Assembly: GCA_036507075.1 (NCBI GenBank)
Contig: DASXQR010000152.1
Span: forward strand, 91,189-155,188
Source of the DNA: Acidobacteriota bacterium
GTDB taxonomy: Bacteria; Acidobacteriota; UBA6911; JACQSX01
Direction: 5' to 3'
Length of the DNA stretch: 64,000 nucleotides
Made by a program: the position numbers and the translations under genes. Below the pieces are notes generated by a model. That model saw nothing but the letters and a program-made list of their open reading frames with translations. It searched no databases and was not told where the DNA came from. This document shows, piece after piece, positions 9,801 through 20,888 of this stretch. The number at the start of each line of letters is the position of its first letter. The stretch's first letter is position 1.

Positions 9801-11479
9801 GGCTGCGCTTCGAGCAGGTTGCCCTCCGGTCCGATGGTGCTTTCCATGGTGGTCACCAATTCTTCGCGAATCGCATCCAGCGGAGGATTGGTCACCTGGG
9901 CAAAGAGCTGCTTGAAGTAGTCGTAAAGCAGCCGCGGGCGATCGGATAGAACCGCCAGCGCAGTGTCGGTTCCCATCGAGCCGATCGGCTCTTCTCCCGC
10001 CTGGGCCATGGGGCCGAGCAGGATACGCAGATCTTCGTGGGTATAGCCGAAAACCAATTGCCGCGTCAGTACCGTTTCGTGGTCCGGCGCCGGCACAGGA
10101 TGGGCGGGAACATCTTCCAGGCTGATCAGATTCTTAGACAGCCATTCGCCGTAGGGGCGTTCTGCGGCAAGTTGAGATTTGATTTCGTCATCGGAAATGA
10201 TTCTTCCCTGCGACGTGTCCACCAGAAAGATGCGCCCGGGGTGCAGTCTTTCTTTGATCAGAATATTTTCCGCCGGAATGTCCAGCACTCCCACTTCGGA
10301 CGCCATGATTACCATGTCGTCCCGGGTGACGTAGTATCGGGAGGGTCGCAGGCCGTTGCGATCCAGCACTGCGCCGATAACGGTTCCATCGGTGAAGGCA
10401 ATGGAGGCCGGCCCGTCCCAGGGCTCCATCAGGGAGGAATGATACTCATAGAAGGCCTTCCGCTCTGCCGGCATGCTTTCATTGCCGCCCCAGGGTTCCG
10501 GAATCATCATCAATATGGCATGCGGCAGGCTGCGGCCGTTCATCACCAAAAACTCGAGCACGTTGTCAAAGATGGCCGAGTCGCTTCCCCCTTCGCGGAT
10601 TACCGGAAAAACTTTGTGCAGGTCTTCGCCCAGCAGATCCGACCGGCACAGAGCCTGGCGCGCCCGCATCCAGTTGATATTTCCACGCAGCGTATTGATC
10701 TCGCCGTTGTGGGCGATGTATCGGTACGGGTGGGCCAGCGGCCAGGACGGGAATGTGTTTGTGCTGAAGCGCTGATGGACCAGAGCCAGCGCCGATTCCA
10801 TGTCGGGATCGGCCAGATCCGGATACATGGATTCGATCTGGGTGGCCGTGAGCATTCCCTTGTAGATGAGCGTGCTGGACGACAGGCTGGGAATATAGAA
10901 GAGCTTCCTCTCGGAAAGGGGGAGCGCGTCGGCGGCATTCTCAATCCGCTTGCGGATCACATAGAGCTTGCGCTCGAAGTGTGCCTGGTCCTTCAACCCG
11001 GCGCCCCGGCCGATAAACATCTGCCTCATCTTAGGCTCGACGGCCCGGGCCGACTCACCCAACAGGTGATCATCAGCAGGCACATCGCGCCAGCCCAGGA
11101 ACTGCTGGCCCTCTTCGACCGTGATCCTTGAAATCAGTTCCTCAAGCAACTGCCTCTGGGCCTGGTCGCGGGGAAGGAAAACAAAGCCCACACCGTAGTC
11201 CTTTGACGGAGGCAGAGGAATATCCAGCCGGGCGCACTCGCGCCGCAAAAACCTGTCCGGAACCTGCATCAGTATGCCGGCGCCGTCGCCCGTATTGACC
11301 TCGCAGCCGCAGGCGCCGCGATGCACCAGGTTGATGAGCACCTGGAGAGCCTGGCGGATGATGGTGTGGGATTTTACTCCCTTGATGTTCACCACAAATC
11401 CCACTCCGCACGCATCGTGCTCGAACCAGGGATCGTACAGACCCTGTGCCGGTGGCGGTCCCGCTGCAAGCTGCCTCAT
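6821..11479 (-). CDS. gltB: Glutamate synthase large subunit
   Basis: [46 protein letters not shown] before ATG 11479. Confidence 0.98.
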   Translation of the reverse strand: MRQLAAGPPPAQGLYDPWFEHDACGVGFVVNIKGVKSHTIIRQALQVLINLVHRGACGCEVNTGDGAGILMQVPDRFLRRECARLDIPLPPSKDYGVGFVFLPRDQAQRQLLEELISRITVEEGQQFLGWRDVPADDHLLGESARAVEPKMRQMFIGRGAGLKDQAHFERKLYVIRKRIENAADALPLSERKLFYIPSLSSSTLIYKGMLTATQIESMYPDLADPDMESALALVHQRFSTNTFPSWPLAHPYRYIAHNGEINTLRGNINWMRARQALCRSDLLGEDLHKVFPVIREGGSDSAIFDNVLEFLVMNGRSLPHAILMMIPEPWGGNESMPAERKAFYEYHSSLMEPWDGPASIAFTDGTVIGAVLDRNGLRPSRYYVTRDDMVIMASEVGVLDIPAENILIKERLHPGRIFLVDTSQGRIISDDEIKSQLAAERPYGEWLSKNLISLEDVPAHPVPAPDHETVLTRQLVFGYTHEDLRILLGPMAQAGEEPIGSMGTDTALAVLSDRPRLLYDYFKQLFAQVTNPPLDAIREELVTTMESTIGPEGNLLEAQPESCRQIKVKYPIIDNDELAKIKHLGVGERGDGGTEGRRDGERERGREGERESESPLDAFRAYTLPMLYRVNGGGEALGDAIETLQARASQAIAQGHNILILSDRGVNEECAPIPSLLATAAIHHHLVREGTRTRCALVIETGDAREVHHVSLLIGYGAGAVNPWVAFESLDDMIRQGLLPGIDHKKAVKNYIKSLNKGILKVMSKMGISTLQSYCGAQIFEAIGLNKEFIDRYFTWTPSRVEGIGIDIVAEEGRRRHERAFSPRPVSEPELEWGGEYQWRRDGEFHLFNPETVFKLQHATRSGQYKIFKEYTGLVDDQNRRLATLRGLFELKEAAAPVPIEEVEPIESIIKRFATGAMSYGSISAEAHETLAIAMNRMGGKSNTGEGGEDPARYKRDRNGDWRRSAIKQVASARFGVTSEYLVNADDLQIKMAQGAKPGEGGQLPGHKVYPWIAKVRYATPGVGLISPPPHHDIYSIEDIAQLIHDLKNANPKARVHVKLVAEMGVGTVAAGVAKAHSDVVLISGHDGGTGASPLTSIKHGGIPWELGVAETQQVLVMNKLRDRIVVQVDGQMKTGRDVVIAALLGAEEFGFSTAPLVVLGCVMMRVCHLNTCPVGVATQDPELRKLFNGKPEFVENFFRFIAEEVRERMARLGFRTMDEMIGRVDRLDFKPALDHWKAKGLDYSSILHQPDMPPSVARRRVRAQDHGLEKALDNALISRCKQALLYKKPIRFSLPIRNVNRTVGTMLGYELTSRWGGAGLPDDTIRIHFNGSAGQSFGAFLPKGISLTLEGDSNDYWGKGLSGGKLVVYPPRGSTFVPEENIVIGNVALYGATSGEAFVRGVAGERFAVRNSGALTVVEGVGDHGCEYMTGGRVVVLGRTGRNFAAGMSGGIAYVLDREGKFAQRCNLGMVDLGPLDQPEDIETVRDLIARHFDATQSGYAAGILTNWISMQKQFIKVMPRDYKRVLQAEARARAEQREATFEELVGAGGG
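9639..9727 (-). repeat. Purine-rich octamer repeat translated in frame within gltB
   Basis: GGGAGAGA/GGGACGGA units encode [28 protein letters not shown]. Confidence 0.85.
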
Positions 11480-11675
11480 GAATTCCTCCCGAACCTGATT
11501 GCAAGGGATGATACCTAAACTTCTTCCATTCGCAATACGCAATGTTTGCATAGTATTCATGAGTAAAACGCATGGAAGCCGTGAACGCGGGAAAAGACTT
11601 CACGATGGCAGCCAAACTCGCGGGCTATCATGCTAGGTTGCCCCTACGATTTTCTGATATCATATTTTGTTTTGC

Positions 11676-11749
11676 GGCGGCGTAGCTCAGTTGGTCAGAG
11701 CATGCGGCTCATATCCGCAGTGTCCGGGGTTCGAGTCCCTGCGCCGCCA
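11676..11749 (+). tRNA. tRNA-Met(CAT), elongator type, CCA not encoded
   Basis: GGCGGCG/CGCCGCC acceptor stem, TGCGG-CTCATAT-CCGCA anticodon arm, GGTTCGAGTCC T arm. Confidence 0.93.
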
Positions 11750-11807
11750 TATCGAAATTCGCGCAAACTGGTTCCAACCGGCGACACACAGGGCCGCAAA
11801 GAACAAC

Positions 11808-12869
11808 ATGGCTCATCGCGAAACCCGCAACCCGAAACTGGTAACCCGAAACCTGGAACCGAAGACGCGCCCTTCCATATCGGCAAACGAACTGGTCAGC
11901 CGCCCGCGCCGCCTGCGCAGATCCGCTCTGCTGCGCAGCCTGGTTCGCGAGAACAGCGTGGAAAAGAACGACCTGATCTTCCCGATGTTCGTTTGCGCCG
12001 GCCAGAAGGTGAAGCGCGAAATCACAGCCATGCCGGGAAACTTTCAGTTTTCCGTCGATCGGCTCCTGACCGAGCTCGAGTCGGTGTGCAAAGCCGGTAT
12101 TTCATCCATCATTCTTTTTGGCCTGCCGGAAAGGAAAGACGCGTTCGCCACCGAAGCTTACTCGGCCAGCGGCCCGGTGCCCGCGGCGCTCCGGGCGATC
12201 AAGAAGGAAAAGCTGCCATTGATCTGTATCGCCGATGTCTGCCTTTGCGAATACACCGACCATGGCCACTGTGGTCTGGTGGACGGGGAAGAGATTCTCA
12301 ATGATCCGAGCCTGGAGGTTTTGGCGCGCACCGGCGTGGCGCTTGCCGATGCCGGCGCCGACATCATCGCCCCCTCCGACATGATGGACGGCCGCGTCGC
12401 CGCCATACGCGCCGGCCTCGATGCAGCCGGTCATGAGAACGTCGCCATTCTTTCCTACGCCGCAAAATACGCGTCGGCCTTCTACGGGCCCTTCCGGCAG
12501 GCGGCCGATTCGGCGCCCCAGTTCGGCGACCGGCGGAGTTATCAGATGGACCCAGCCAACGGCAGGGAGGCGCTCAAGGAAGTTGCGCTCGACATACAGG
12601 AAGGCGCTGATATGGTAATGGTCAAACCGGCGCTCCCTTATCTGGATATCGTCTACCAGGTGCGCCAGCAGTTTCAGGTTCCGGTGGCGGCATACCATGT
12701 CAGCGGCGAATTCTCGGCCATCATGGCGGCAGCACAGAACGGGTGGCTCGACGAAGAACGGGCGATGATGGAATGCCTGGTGGCCATCAAACGCGCGGGC
12801 GCAGACTTTATTCTCACCTACTACGCCAGACAGGCGTCCCTGCTGATCGATCAGGGATGGTTCCGGTGA
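11808..12869 (+). CDS. hemB: Porphobilinogen synthase (Zn type)
   Basis: [31 protein letters not shown]; first ATG after the tRNA. Confidence 0.95.
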   Translation: MAHRETRNPKLVTRNLEPKTRPSISANELVSRPRRLRRSALLRSLVRENSVEKNDLIFPMFVCAGQKVKREITAMPGNFQFSVDRLLTELESVCKAGISSIILFGLPERKDAFATEAYSASGPVPAALRAIKKEKLPLICIADVCLCEYTDHGHCGLVDGEEILNDPSLEVLARTGVALADAGADIIAPSDMMDGRVAAIRAGLDAAGHENVAILSYAAKYASAFYGPFRQAADSAPQFGDRRSYQMDPANGREALKEVALDIQEGADMVMVKPALPYLDIVYQVRQQFQVPVAAYHVSGEFSAIMAAAQNGWLDEERAMMECLVAIKRAGADFILTYYARQASLLIDQGWFR

Positions 12870-14149
12870 ACAACCGGGAACTGTTCGAGCAGGCGAAGGC
12901 TCTTTTTCCAGGAGGAGTCAACAGCCCGGTGCGCGCCTTTCGCGCCGTCGGAGAAACTCCCCGTTTCATCGCGCGCGGTGAAGGCGCCTGGCTGGTCGAC
13001 GTTGAAGGGCGACGCTATATCGATTACGTGGGCTCCTGGGGACCTCTGATCGCGGGGCATGCGCATCCTGCAGTGATTGCCGCGCTGCAGGCTGCTCTCC
13101 CATCAGGCACGAGTTTTGGCGCACCCAATCCGCTGGAATTGGAGCTGGGACGGCGGATCACCAGGCGCTTTCCTTCGATTGAGAAGATTCGATTCGTAAA
13201 CAGCGGCACCGAGGCGACCATGAGCGCCCTGCGGCTGGCGCGCGCCGCCACCGGGCGGGACAAGATCTTGAAGTTCGACGGCTGCTATCACGGGCACAGC
13301 GATGGTTTGCTGGTGCAGGCCGGCTCGGGCGTCGCCACCTTCGGCCTGCCGGACAGTCCCGGAGTGCCGGCCGCTTTCGCGGCGCTGACGATTTCAGTTC
13401 CGTTCAACAACATCGACGCTGTCAAGGCGGCCTTCGTGAGACATCGCGGCGAAATCGCGGCCGTCATCCTCGAACCGGTCGCGGGCAACATGGGAGTAGT
13501 GCTCCCGCATAACGGTTTTTTGTCGCAGCTTCGGGAAATCACTCGCAATGAAGGCAGCCTGCTTGTCTTTGACGAAGTCATGACGGGCTTCCGCGTGGCG
13601 TACGGCGGGGCGCAGGAACTATACGGGATCGATCCCGACCTGACCTGCCTTGGAAAGGTCATCGGCGGCGGCCTTCCCGTGGGCGCTTACGGAGGAAAGA
13701 AGAAATATCTTTCCATGATTGCGCCCGAAGGTCCCGTATATCAGGCGGGAACACTTTCGGGAAATCCGCTGGCCATGGCGGCCGGAATTGCCACGCTGGA
13801 TCTGCTGACGCCCGATGCCTACCGAAGACTGAATCAGTGCTGCCAGGGATTTTACGAAGGACTGCGATCCGTCATTCGGCGCAGCACCGCTTCGAGCGGC
13901 CGCGCCCCTGTTCAATTGAACACGTGCGGCAGCATGTTCACCTTGTTTTTTACCGAGGCTGCGGTGGTGGATTATGAGACCGCTAAGACTTCGGACCGCG
14001 AAAGGTTTGCGCGATTTTTCCGGCTGCTGCTGGACCAGGGCGTCTACCTCCCGCCGGCTCAATTCGAAGCTGCATTCCTGTCGCTGGCCCACGGCCCGGC
14101 CGAGATTGACGCAACGCTGGCGGCAATTGAGAAGGCCTTTGCAAATTGA
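12866..14149 (+). CDS. hemL: Glutamate-1-semialdehyde 2,1-aminomutase
   Basis: [37 protein letters not shown] overlap with hemB. Confidence 0.97.
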   Translation: MNNRELFEQAKALFPGGVNSPVRAFRAVGETPRFIARGEGAWLVDVEGRRYIDYVGSWGPLIAGHAHPAVIAALQAALPSGTSFGAPNPLELELGRRITRRFPSIEKIRFVNSGTEATMSALRLARAATGRDKILKFDGCYHGHSDGLLVQAGSGVATFGLPDSPGVPAAFAALTISVPFNNIDAVKAAFVRHRGEIAAVILEPVAGNMGVVLPHNGFLSQLREITRNEGSLLVFDEVMTGFRVAYGGAQELYGIDPDLTCLGKVIGGGLPVGAYGGKKKYLSMIAPEGPVYQAGTLSGNPLAMAAGIATLDLLTPDAYRRLNQCCQGFYEGLRSVIRRSTASSGRAPVQLNTCGSMFTLFFTEAAVVDYETAKTSDRERFARFFRLLLDQGVYLPPAQFEAAFLSLAHGPAEIDATLAAIEKAFAN

Positions 14150-14155
14150 GGAAAA

Positions 14156-14362
14156 GTCCGAACCGCGCGCGTAAGCAAGCGGACCCTCCGCGGGGATTTG
14201 GCCACGAAGGCACGAAGAATCGCTATTTATTTTGAAGTGACACTTCTCATAACTCGATCCAGGTTGTCGGAGAAGTGGCACTTCTAATTCAATCGTTGTC
14301 CTTCGTGCCTTCGTGGCCAAATCCCCGCGGAGGGTCCGCTTGCTTACGCGCGCGGTTCGGAC
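14156..14362. mobile_element. Composite REPIN/MITE-like element with a perfect 62-bp terminal inverted repeat
   Basis: 14156-14217 is the exact reverse complement of 14301-14362; the core recurs inverted at about 54977-55060. Confidence 0.85.
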
Positions 14363-14405
14363 GGCGGTGGGGGTGCTATCGAGAGCCTTTATCCAACAAA
14401 ACGCC

Positions 14406-14909
14406 TCAGGCGTTTCCCACCTTGGGGGTGCAGCCCAGACAGTCATCGATCATTATCTCGATCTTCGCCAGCGGCCATTTCTTCACGGTGGCGACTTCGG
14501 AAATGACCAATTGCTTGGCTCGATCCAGCATCTTTTTTTCACGGAAGGAAAGACTTTTTTGTGAACTGAGCTGACTGAGATTGCGAAGCACCTCGGCCAC
14601 CTCGAGAATCGAGCCCGTCTTCATCTTTTCCAGATTGACCTTGTAGCGGTCCTTCCAGTCAGAAATATGATGTCCGTTCCCATTCTGCAGAATATTAAAG
14701 AGTTGATCTAAGTCTTTCTTTCCGCAGAGTTTACGCAGTCCTACCTGATTTACATTTGCAGTCGGAATCAGCACCACGGAGCTGTTCGACTCGATTCTCA
14801 GAGTATAAAACTCTTCAGGCTTACCGCCGATGACTTTCAGGCTGATACTTTCTATAACGCCGACGCCGTGGTTGGGGTAGACAACTTTATCGCCGACTTT
14901 GAATGGCAT
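14406..14909 (-). CDS. carD: CarD family transcriptional regulator
   Basis: FKVGDKVVYPNHGVGVI, VGLR, WKDRY, LSFREKKMLDRA. Confidence 0.95.
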   Translation of the reverse strand: MPFKVGDKVVYPNHGVGVIESISLKVIGGKPEEFYTLRIESNSSVVLIPTANVNQVGLRKLCGKKDLDQLFNILQNGNGHHISDWKDRYKVNLEKMKTGSILEVAEVLRNLSQLSSQKSLSFREKKMLDRAKQLVISEVATVKKWPLAKIEIMIDDCLGCTPKVGNA

Positions 14910-14942
14910 AGGGCCCTCCGGGGAGTCAATAAGGAAGAGAAA

Positions 14943-14972
14943 ATTATACTCCTTCTGGGTCGACTAAGTCAA
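14943..14972 (-). promoter_or_regulatory. sigma70 promoter of carD, TTGACT-N18-TATAAT
   Basis: Near-consensus hexamers on the minus strand. Confidence 0.7.
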
Positions 14973-14986
14973 AACGAGCGCGAATC

Positions 14987-15056
14987 CCTTCGTGTTCTTT
15001 GTGTCTTTGTGGTGGATAAGTCGTTGCCACCACAAAGACACAAAGAACACAAAGAT
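14987..15056. repeat. CACAAAG-type inverted repeat
   Basis: CTTTGTGTCTTTGTGGTGG...CCACCACAAAGACACAAAG. Confidence 0.8.
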
Positions 15057-15061
15057 TCGAT

Positions 15062-15460
15062 TCATTTTCTTCGGTACTCCACAATCACGGCAGTGGAAAT
15101 GCCGCCGCGGGGAGTGAATTTTCCTTCCACGCGCGCAGTGACCGGGTCGCAGGCCTTAACAAAGTCGCGCAGAATTCGGTTGGTTGCGTTCTCGTAGAAA
15201 ATCCCGAGGTTGCGGTAGGCGAGCAGGTATTCTTTGAAGGACTTCAGCTCCACGCACCACTGATCCGGAACATAGGTGATCTTGATAGCGCCGAAATCAG
15301 GCAGCCCCGTCTTGGGACAAACCGCTGTGTATTCGGGAACTTCAATGATGATTTCGTAATCGGGAAACTGGTTTTCCCAGCATTCGATCTCAGGCAGCGC
15401 CGCGTCGATCCCCGACCTTGCTTCCTTTTCCGAGTAACGGCGCTCCTTGCGCTTTGTCAT
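15062..15460 (-). CDS. queF: NADPH-dependent preQ0 reductase (short form)
   Basis: PEYTAVCPKTGLPDFG, VELKSFKEYL, FTPRGGI. Confidence 0.95.
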   Translation of the reverse strand: MTKRKERRYSEKEARSGIDAALPEIECWENQFPDYEIIIEVPEYTAVCPKTGLPDFGAIKITYVPDQWCVELKSFKEYLLAYRNLGIFYENATNRILRDFVKACDPVTARVEGKFTPRGGISTAVIVEYRRK

Positions 15461-15521
15461 CACATAACATTTTAGCTGAGAACCGAGCAGCAAAGACAGG
15501 AGAGCGGGTAGGAAAACCTTC

Positions 15522-15676
15522 CCCACAAAGACACGAAGGACACGAAGGGAAGACGTGGGGCAGGCAGAGGCCGGTCAGCTTCAAAAACCCTTGCCGCGTT
15601 TACCTTTGGAAAGCTGACCGGCCTCTGCCTGCCCGACGTCTTGACTTCGTGCTCTTTGTGCCTTTGTGGTGAAAAG
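15522..15676. mobile_element. Hairpin MITE-like element, copy 1 of 3
   Basis: CACAAAG arms plus inner GGGCAGGCAGAGGCCGGTCAGCTT stem; related to 34851 and 44794. Confidence 0.75.
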
Positions 15677-15704
15677 TTCTGACTCGATTTTCTGAAACTA
15701 AGTA

Positions 15705-16391
15705 CTAACTCCTCAGCGCGTTTACAAACTCTCTCACTTTCCATTCCACACCCGTGATGGCCGTGCCTACCACTACGGCATGCGCACCGGCTCGCAGGGC
15801 TTCGCGGGCTTGTGCCGGAGTCTGGACGCCGCCTTCGCAAAACACGGGCCCTTTTGCGCTCTGACAGATTGCCCGCAACAGATCGATGGCCGGCAGAAGC
15901 ATGCTGCTGGTTTCCTCGGTGTGACCGGCCAGGGTGGTTGCCACGCAGTCGGCTCCGCTCTGCAGAGCGCTGAGAGCTTCCGCCTCGGTTGCGATGTCGG
16001 CCATGGCGATGCGGCCGGCGCGGTGAATCACTTCGATAATTTCTTCAATCGAATCAGCCTCGGTGCGGGGAAGATGGGTAGCGTCAAACGCGATCACGTC
16101 GGCGCCGGCATCAATCAAGCGCCCGGCGGACTGCGCGGTAGGAGTGATATAGATTGCGCTCGCGCTACGGACCTTTTCCAGACCGATCACCGGGACCGCA
16201 ACGGCGGCTTTGATGGCGCGAATATGCGCCGCACCGCGCGCGCGAATTCCAATGGCTCCCTGGATTACGGCGGCCTTTGCCAAGGCGGCTTGGAACTCTG
16301 CCGAATTGAGGGGAGAAGAATCGTCCGCCTGGCAGCTCACAATCAACCCGCCTCGCAGGCTGTCCAGGATTCCCTCCAGTTGGTTTGTCAT
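15705..16391 (-). CDS. nanE: N-acetylmannosamine-6-phosphate 2-epimerase
   Basis: GLIVSCQA, GIRA, YITPT, ATTLAGHT, VVVGTAIT. Confidence 0.9.
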   Translation of the reverse strand: MTNQLEGILDSLRGGLIVSCQADDSSPLNSAEFQAALAKAAVIQGAIGIRARGAAHIRAIKAAVAVPVIGLEKVRSASAIYITPTAQSAGRLIDAGADVIAFDATHLPRTEADSIEEIIEVIHRAGRIAMADIATEAEALSALQSGADCVATTLAGHTEETSSMLLPAIDLLRAICQSAKGPVFCEGGVQTPAQAREALRAGAHAVVVGTAITGVEWKVREFVNALRS

Positions 16392-16435
16392 CTGCCACCG
16401 GCACGACTGCGCAACGAATGCGTGATTCCTCACAA

Positions 16436-16577
16436 ATGCGGATTTCGGAATGCGGAATGCGGAATATGTCCATCTAAAGTTTTTGCACCTAAGATCAAGT
16501 CACCTCCCATTCCGCATTCCGAGATCCGCATTCCGCTTTCTGCATTCCGCGTTCCGCATTCTACATTCCGCATTCGA
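16436..16577. repeat. Inverted GCGGAAT/ATTCCGC heptamer arrays
   Basis: The left arm matches the one at 59145. Confidence 0.85.
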
Positions 16578-16591
16578 GTGCATCGCCGGCA

Positions 16592-17569
16592 CTATTGACG
16601 TCGCACTAATTTTGCGTCTCCGTAATTCGACTCTGCCCAGAGCCATCGATGCTTGTCGGGATCGCGCGAGATTTCCAGCGCGATTTCAAACGCCGCCTCT
16701 CCGGGAGAAGTCGCCGGCTTTCGGATTTTCATGCGCGGAAAACGGCGCTTGATATGACGGAAGAAACGCCGGCGGACTGTTTCGCTTTGGAATACCTTTC
16801 CCACGTAGCCGCAGATTGTGTTCTGGATTCCCAGATTCAAAATCACCCGCTCGGCGATTTCAAAGAGATCGTCTGCGGCGTCCGCGAGAAGCTTTCGACA
16901 CTGCGGATCTTTTTTAACACCCTGGTCGACGAGCTTCGACAGGTGCCCGATTGCCACCTTGTCGAAGCTTCCCTCATAGACAAAATCATGCAGGGCCCGC
17001 ACGTTGGGCGCCTTGCTTTGTTTCATGATCTGATCGGCCAGCCATCCCCATCGATCCCGCTTTTCGTGCGCCCGGAAGACATGCTTCAGCCCCGAAAGGC
17101 CGATGTCATACCCGCTTCCTTCATCGCCCAGCACATATCCCCACCCTCCGACGCGGGCAGTGCGGCTTCCTTTTTTCCCGAAGGCATTGGATCCTGAGCC
17201 GGCAATCACGATCATTCCGTCCTTTCCTGCCGTCACGCTCCAGAGGGCATTGGAAGTGTCTTCGGTGATGCTCAGGCTGTCAAAGTCGAAGAGCTCATTG
17301 AGAATCGGCTCGCGCAGGGACGGACCGCCGCTCAAGCCGAAGTGCGCGGCGGCAAAAGAGGCGCGTCCCGCTTTCAAACCCGCCTTCTCAAGCGCCCCAT
17401 AGATGGAGACTTTCATGGCGCCCCGAAACCGTTCCGGACCTCCCGGTTCCTGGATGTGATTACTCGGACCGGCGTGCCCTGTGGCGAGAATCCGCCCGGA
17501 AGCATCTCCCAGCACCGCTTCCGTGTGCGACTGGCCGCCGTCAACTCCCAGGATGAGCTGAACTGACAT
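16592..17569 (-). CDS. BadF/BadG/BcrA/BcrD family sugar kinase (amino-sugar kinase-like)
   Basis: LGVDGGQSHT, VIAGSGS, RVGGWGYVLGDEGSG. Confidence 0.88.
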   Translation of the reverse strand: MSVQLILGVDGGQSHTEAVLGDASGRILATGHAGPSNHIQEPGGPERFRGAMKVSIYGALEKAGLKAGRASFAAAHFGLSGGPSLREPILNELFDFDSLSITEDTSNALWSVTAGKDGMIVIAGSGSNAFGKKGSRTARVGGWGYVLGDEGSGYDIGLSGLKHVFRAHEKRDRWGWLADQIMKQSKAPNVRALHDFVYEGSFDKVAIGHLSKLVDQGVKKDPQCRKLLADAADDLFEIAERVILNLGIQNTICGYVGKVFQSETVRRRFFRHIKRRFPRMKIRKPATSPGEAAFEIALEISRDPDKHRWLWAESNYGDAKLVRRQ

Positions 17570-17576
17570 ACGTAAT

Positions 17577-17637
17577 TTTCACCACCAAGACACGAAGGCA
17601 CCAAGCTTCCTTTGGTGTCTTGGTGTCTTTGTGGTGA
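17577..17637. repeat. CACCAAG/CACAAAG-type inverted repeat
   Basis: Arms read directly. Confidence 0.75.
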
Positions 17638-17706
17638 TTATTGGCTGAAATTTTCTCCACCGTCGATATATCATAATTCGCGGTATTTCCCGATCCGAGG
17701 ACTCCC

Positions 17707-18297
17707 ATGCTTAGCCGATTCAGGTGGTATGCACTAACGATCATCGTCACGATATCGGCGGTTTCGTTCACTCTGATTTATTCGCAGAATCAGGATCGAG
17801 ACCGGGCCGGGCCGGTATTTCAGGGGAAAGAAACGCTGCTGCGGCCTGTCGGCTATCGGGAATGGGTATTTGTAGGAAGCTCGCTGGGACTTCGCTACGC
17901 CCCGGATCCGGAAGCGGCCTCAAAACGACCCGAGCTGTATCACAATGTCTACATCAATCCACGCTCCTATCGCGAGTTTGTTAAAACTGGAAAATTTCCC
18001 GACGGAACAATGATGGTGTTGGAACTGGCCGGCAAGGAATCAAAACACGAACCGGGGCTGCAGGGTTCCTTTCAGAAGGAATACGTCGCGCTGGAGGCTT
18101 CCGTAAAAGACAGCAAGCGATTCCCCACCGGTTGGGCTTACTTCAGTTTTGATTCCAGCGATGGGAAACAGAAGGCGAGCGCAGAACCCTTTTCGGCCGA
18201 GGAATGTTTTTCCTGCCACGACAAGAAGGCCGCCACCGATCACGTCTTTACGCAATTTTATCCCGTACTCCGCGCCGCGCGGCCTGCACAACCCTAA
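17707..18297 (+). CDS. Cytochrome P460/c'-beta family protein
   Basis: N-terminal hydrophobic segment, YREWVFVGS, FPDGT, C-terminal CFSCH, VFTQFYP. Confidence 0.85.
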   Translation: MLSRFRWYALTIIVTISAVSFTLIYSQNQDRDRAGPVFQGKETLLRPVGYREWVFVGSSLGLRYAPDPEAASKRPELYHNVYINPRSYREFVKTGKFPDGTMMVLELAGKESKHEPGLQGSFQKEYVALEASVKDSKRFPTGWAYFSFDSSDGKQKASAEPFSAEECFSCHDKKAATDHVFTQFYPVLRAARPAQP

Positions 18298-18321
18298 GCC
18301 GCAGTGCTGCAAAGCAGCGCT

Positions 18322-18440
18322 CAGTACCGCGATCCGTCAGGTCGTGGCGCTCCAGCTTGTCGAGTCATCTACCAGGCCGCCGCAGGTTCCACATCCAGAG
18401 CTTCAACTCCGGCTCGCCGCAACCTGACGGATGCGGTACT
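18322..18440. repeat. REP pair CAGTACCGCGATCCGTCAGGTCG...CCTGACGGATGCGGTACTG
   Basis: Inverted pair; same family at 19555-19751. Confidence 0.8.
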
Positions 18441-18486
18441 GCGGTCAGCTTCCCGACCAATCCATTAACTCGACAATCACCTCGGC

Positions 18487-19503
18487 TCACGGTCGCTTCT
18501 TTCCCAGTAACCCGGCAAGCGCATTGATCGAGCCGACCATTTCTTCAAATTGGGCGGGCAGCAGCGCCTGCGGGCCGTCACACAGGGCTTCCAGGGGGTT
18601 GGGGTGAACTTCGACCATTATTCCGTCGGCCCCGACGGCCGCACCCGCCCGGGCCAGCGGGACGACCTTCTTGCGATCGCCGGCGCCGTGGCTCGGGTCG
18701 ACAATCACGGGCAAATGACTCAATTCCCGAATAGCGGGAATCACGCTCAGGTCGAGCGTGAAGCGGCTGTGATCGGAGAAAGTGCGCACGCCCCTCTCGC
18801 ACAAAACGACCTGGTAGTTGCCTTCCGACATCAGATATTCGGCCGACATCAGCCATTCTTCCATCGTGGCCGACATTCCGCGTTTGAGCACCACCGGGCG
18901 GCCGCACTGTCCCGCCTCCTTTAACAGTGAAAAGTTCTGCATGTTGCGCGCGCCGATCTGCACCGCGTCCGCCTGCCTGGCAACCAGTTCCAGGCTGCGC
19001 TCGTTCATGGCTTCAGTGACAAAGGGCAAACCGGTCTCTTCGCGTGCCTCGACCAGCAGCTTGAGGCCCTCTTCTCCCAGACCTTGAAAGCTATATGGCG
19101 AAGTCCTCGGTTTGAAGGCGCCACCGCGGAGGATGTTGGCGCCGTGTTGTTTGACCAGGCGCGCTGTCGCCAGCAACTGCTGCCGCGTTTCCACGGCGCA
19201 AGGCCCTGCAATCACCGTAAAGTGGCCGCCGCCGATGGGCACGCCGCCGATCTTGACGACCGTATCGTCTTCCTTGATCTCGCGGCTCACCAGCTTGAAC
19301 GGTTTGGAGACGGGAATGGCCTGGCGCACGCCGGGCAGCATCTCGAATATTTTCGGGTCAAGCGGCCCTGGGTTCCCGGTGATTCCGATCGCGGTGCGCT
19401 GCGCCCCGGGCATGCAGTGCGCTTCAAAACCCATGGCGCGAATTTTCGCCACCACGCGATCCACATCCTGCTGCGTGGCATGCAGGTCCATGGCGATCAA
19501 CAT
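18487..19503 (-). CDS. aroF: DAHP synthase type I-beta with N-terminal regulatory domain
   Basis: [37 protein letters not shown] 6 nt upstream. Confidence 0.95.
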   Translation of the reverse strand: MLIAMDLHATQQDVDRVVAKIRAMGFEAHCMPGAQRTAIGITGNPGPLDPKIFEMLPGVRQAIPVSKPFKLVSREIKEDDTVVKIGGVPIGGGHFTVIAGPCAVETRQQLLATARLVKQHGANILRGGAFKPRTSPYSFQGLGEEGLKLLVEAREETGLPFVTEAMNERSLELVARQADAVQIGARNMQNFSLLKEAGQCGRPVVLKRGMSATMEEWLMSAEYLMSEGNYQVVLCERGVRTFSDHSRFTLDLSVIPAIRELSHLPVIVDPSHGAGDRKKVVPLARAGAAVGADGIMVEVHPNPLEALCDGPQALLPAQFEEMVGSINALAGLLGKKRP

Positions 19504-19554
19504 GTTTGTATTATACGAGTTGCCAGCCGAGGCGCACGCCAGATAAGGAAGCTC

Positions 19555-19751
19555 ACCGCGATCCGTCAAGTCGCGGACGCGCCAGATAAGCACGCCTCAC
19601 CCAACAGTACCGCGATCCGTAAGGTCGCGGCGCGCCGGAGAGGTCAGATGTGAAAAGCACGGGCAATACACAGTCGCCCCAGAGCAGTGAAAGAAGCTTA
19701 CGCCGCTGTGACATTATCCGGGGCGCCGCGACCTTACGGATCGCGGTACTG
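19555..19751. repeat. Three REP copies (ACCGCGATCCGTMAGGTCGCGG family)
   Basis: Two direct copies and one inverted copy. Confidence 0.8.
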
Positions 19752-19816
19752 CAGCCCTGAATGGCAGGCCATTTGCGCAAATCACCATGCCCATGCTACA
19801 AGAAACGTTCCTCCGG

Positions 19817-19902
19817 GCCGAAGTGGCGGAACTGGCAGACGCACCGGACTCAAAATCCGGCGAGGTTTACCCCTCGTGGGGGTTCGACTCCCCCCTTCGG
19901 CA
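19817..19902 (+). tRNA. tRNA-Leu(CAA), CCA not encoded
   Basis: GCCGAAG/CTTCGGC acceptor stem, CCGGA-CTCAAAA-TCCGG anticodon arm, long variable arm. Confidence 0.95.
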
Positions 19903-20109
19903 TTCAAGCCAACAACTCAGACTTGGGTACAGCCACGAGCTGACTTTAGAATCAAGCCGGAATTTCGACTCAGCGCCTCAATGAGAACGGAAATCCGGGA
20001 CCGAAGCGGTGGGCGTTCCGAATGCCTGGATTACAACGCTGGGCGCGACAACCCATTGTCTGGCCGCACTTTCATGCTCAGCTATGATGAAGAGAGAGGG
20101 ATAGTGTGA

Positions 20110-20866
20110 AAAGAAGGGCCGCGACATTTGGGTCGCTTACCGCGAAAGCGACCACCACCCATGGAGTGAACCGGCGAACCTGCCCGAACCTGTGAATTCC
20201 GCGTTCGACGACTTCTGCCCGACGCCGCTTCCCGGCGGGAGGTTGTTATTTGTGAGCAGGCGGGGAAGTAGCTGCGGAGTCAGCGCGGACATCTACCAGA
20301 CACGTCTGCACCCGGTATGGGGGTGGCTCGAGCCGGAGAACCTTGGTTGCGACGTGAACAGTCCTGCCGACCAGTTCTCACCATCCTAAGTAGAGGCGGA
20401 GGGCCAAACCATGCTGTTTTTCTCGAGCGGTCGAGAGGGTCCCCAGAATATCTACATGAGCGTGTTTCAGCCGGATGGCGGCTGGGGGCCGGCTAATCCG
20501 GTCGAAGAGTTGAACACACTCTTCAATGACGCTCGACCGAACGTCAGGAAGGATGGGCTCGAGATCGTCTTCGACTCCGATCGCCCAGCTGGCCTCGGTG
20601 GCTTCGACATCTATTCTGCGGCACGGTCCAGCATCTTCGAGCCGTGGTCGCAACCAGAACCCCTGGGGCCCAACGTGAACTCAGCGTCGTCAGAAACCAG
20701 AGCCTCGCTTTCCCGAGACGGCAGCCGCTTGCACTTCGGCTCCAACCGCCCGGGAGGCCAGGGGAACTCCGAGATTTACATGTCCAGGCGTTCCGGACCT
20801 GGTCGCCGCCCGGGAACTGCATCCCTGCCAATCAGCAGATCGCCGAGCCCAGAGGCGGAGCGCTGA
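20110..20866 (+). pseudogene. PD40/TolB-like beta-propeller, 5'-truncated with an in-frame TAA at 20387
   Basis: Repeated W-x-x-P-x-NLG-x-x-VNS...P...DG...F-x-S-x-R units on both sides of the stop. Confidence 0.75.
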
Positions 20867-20888
20867 GAACAGAGGAAGGAGAAAGACC

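Noticed and set aside
6791..11131. Long plus-strand ORFs opposite gltB (e.g. 7493-8401, 10037-11131)
   Set aside because: Antisense shadows expected from GC-rich codon bias.
11667..11807. Longer hemB start given in the ORF track
   Set aside because: It runs through tRNA-Met; ATG 11808 is preferred.
13886..13900. CCGCT-TCG-AGCGG hairpin in hemL as an inserted element
   Set aside because: A 5-bp stem is too short to distinguish from chance.
15461..15525. preQ1 riboswitch upstream of queF (GGTTCTCAGCTA resemblance)
   Set aside because: No closing P1 stem or A-rich tail; better read as a -10 element next to the start.
20387..20389. Recoding at in-frame stops in island fragments (also about 27651)
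   Set aside because: Both are TAA in 5'-truncated genes, so ordinary nonsense mutations.
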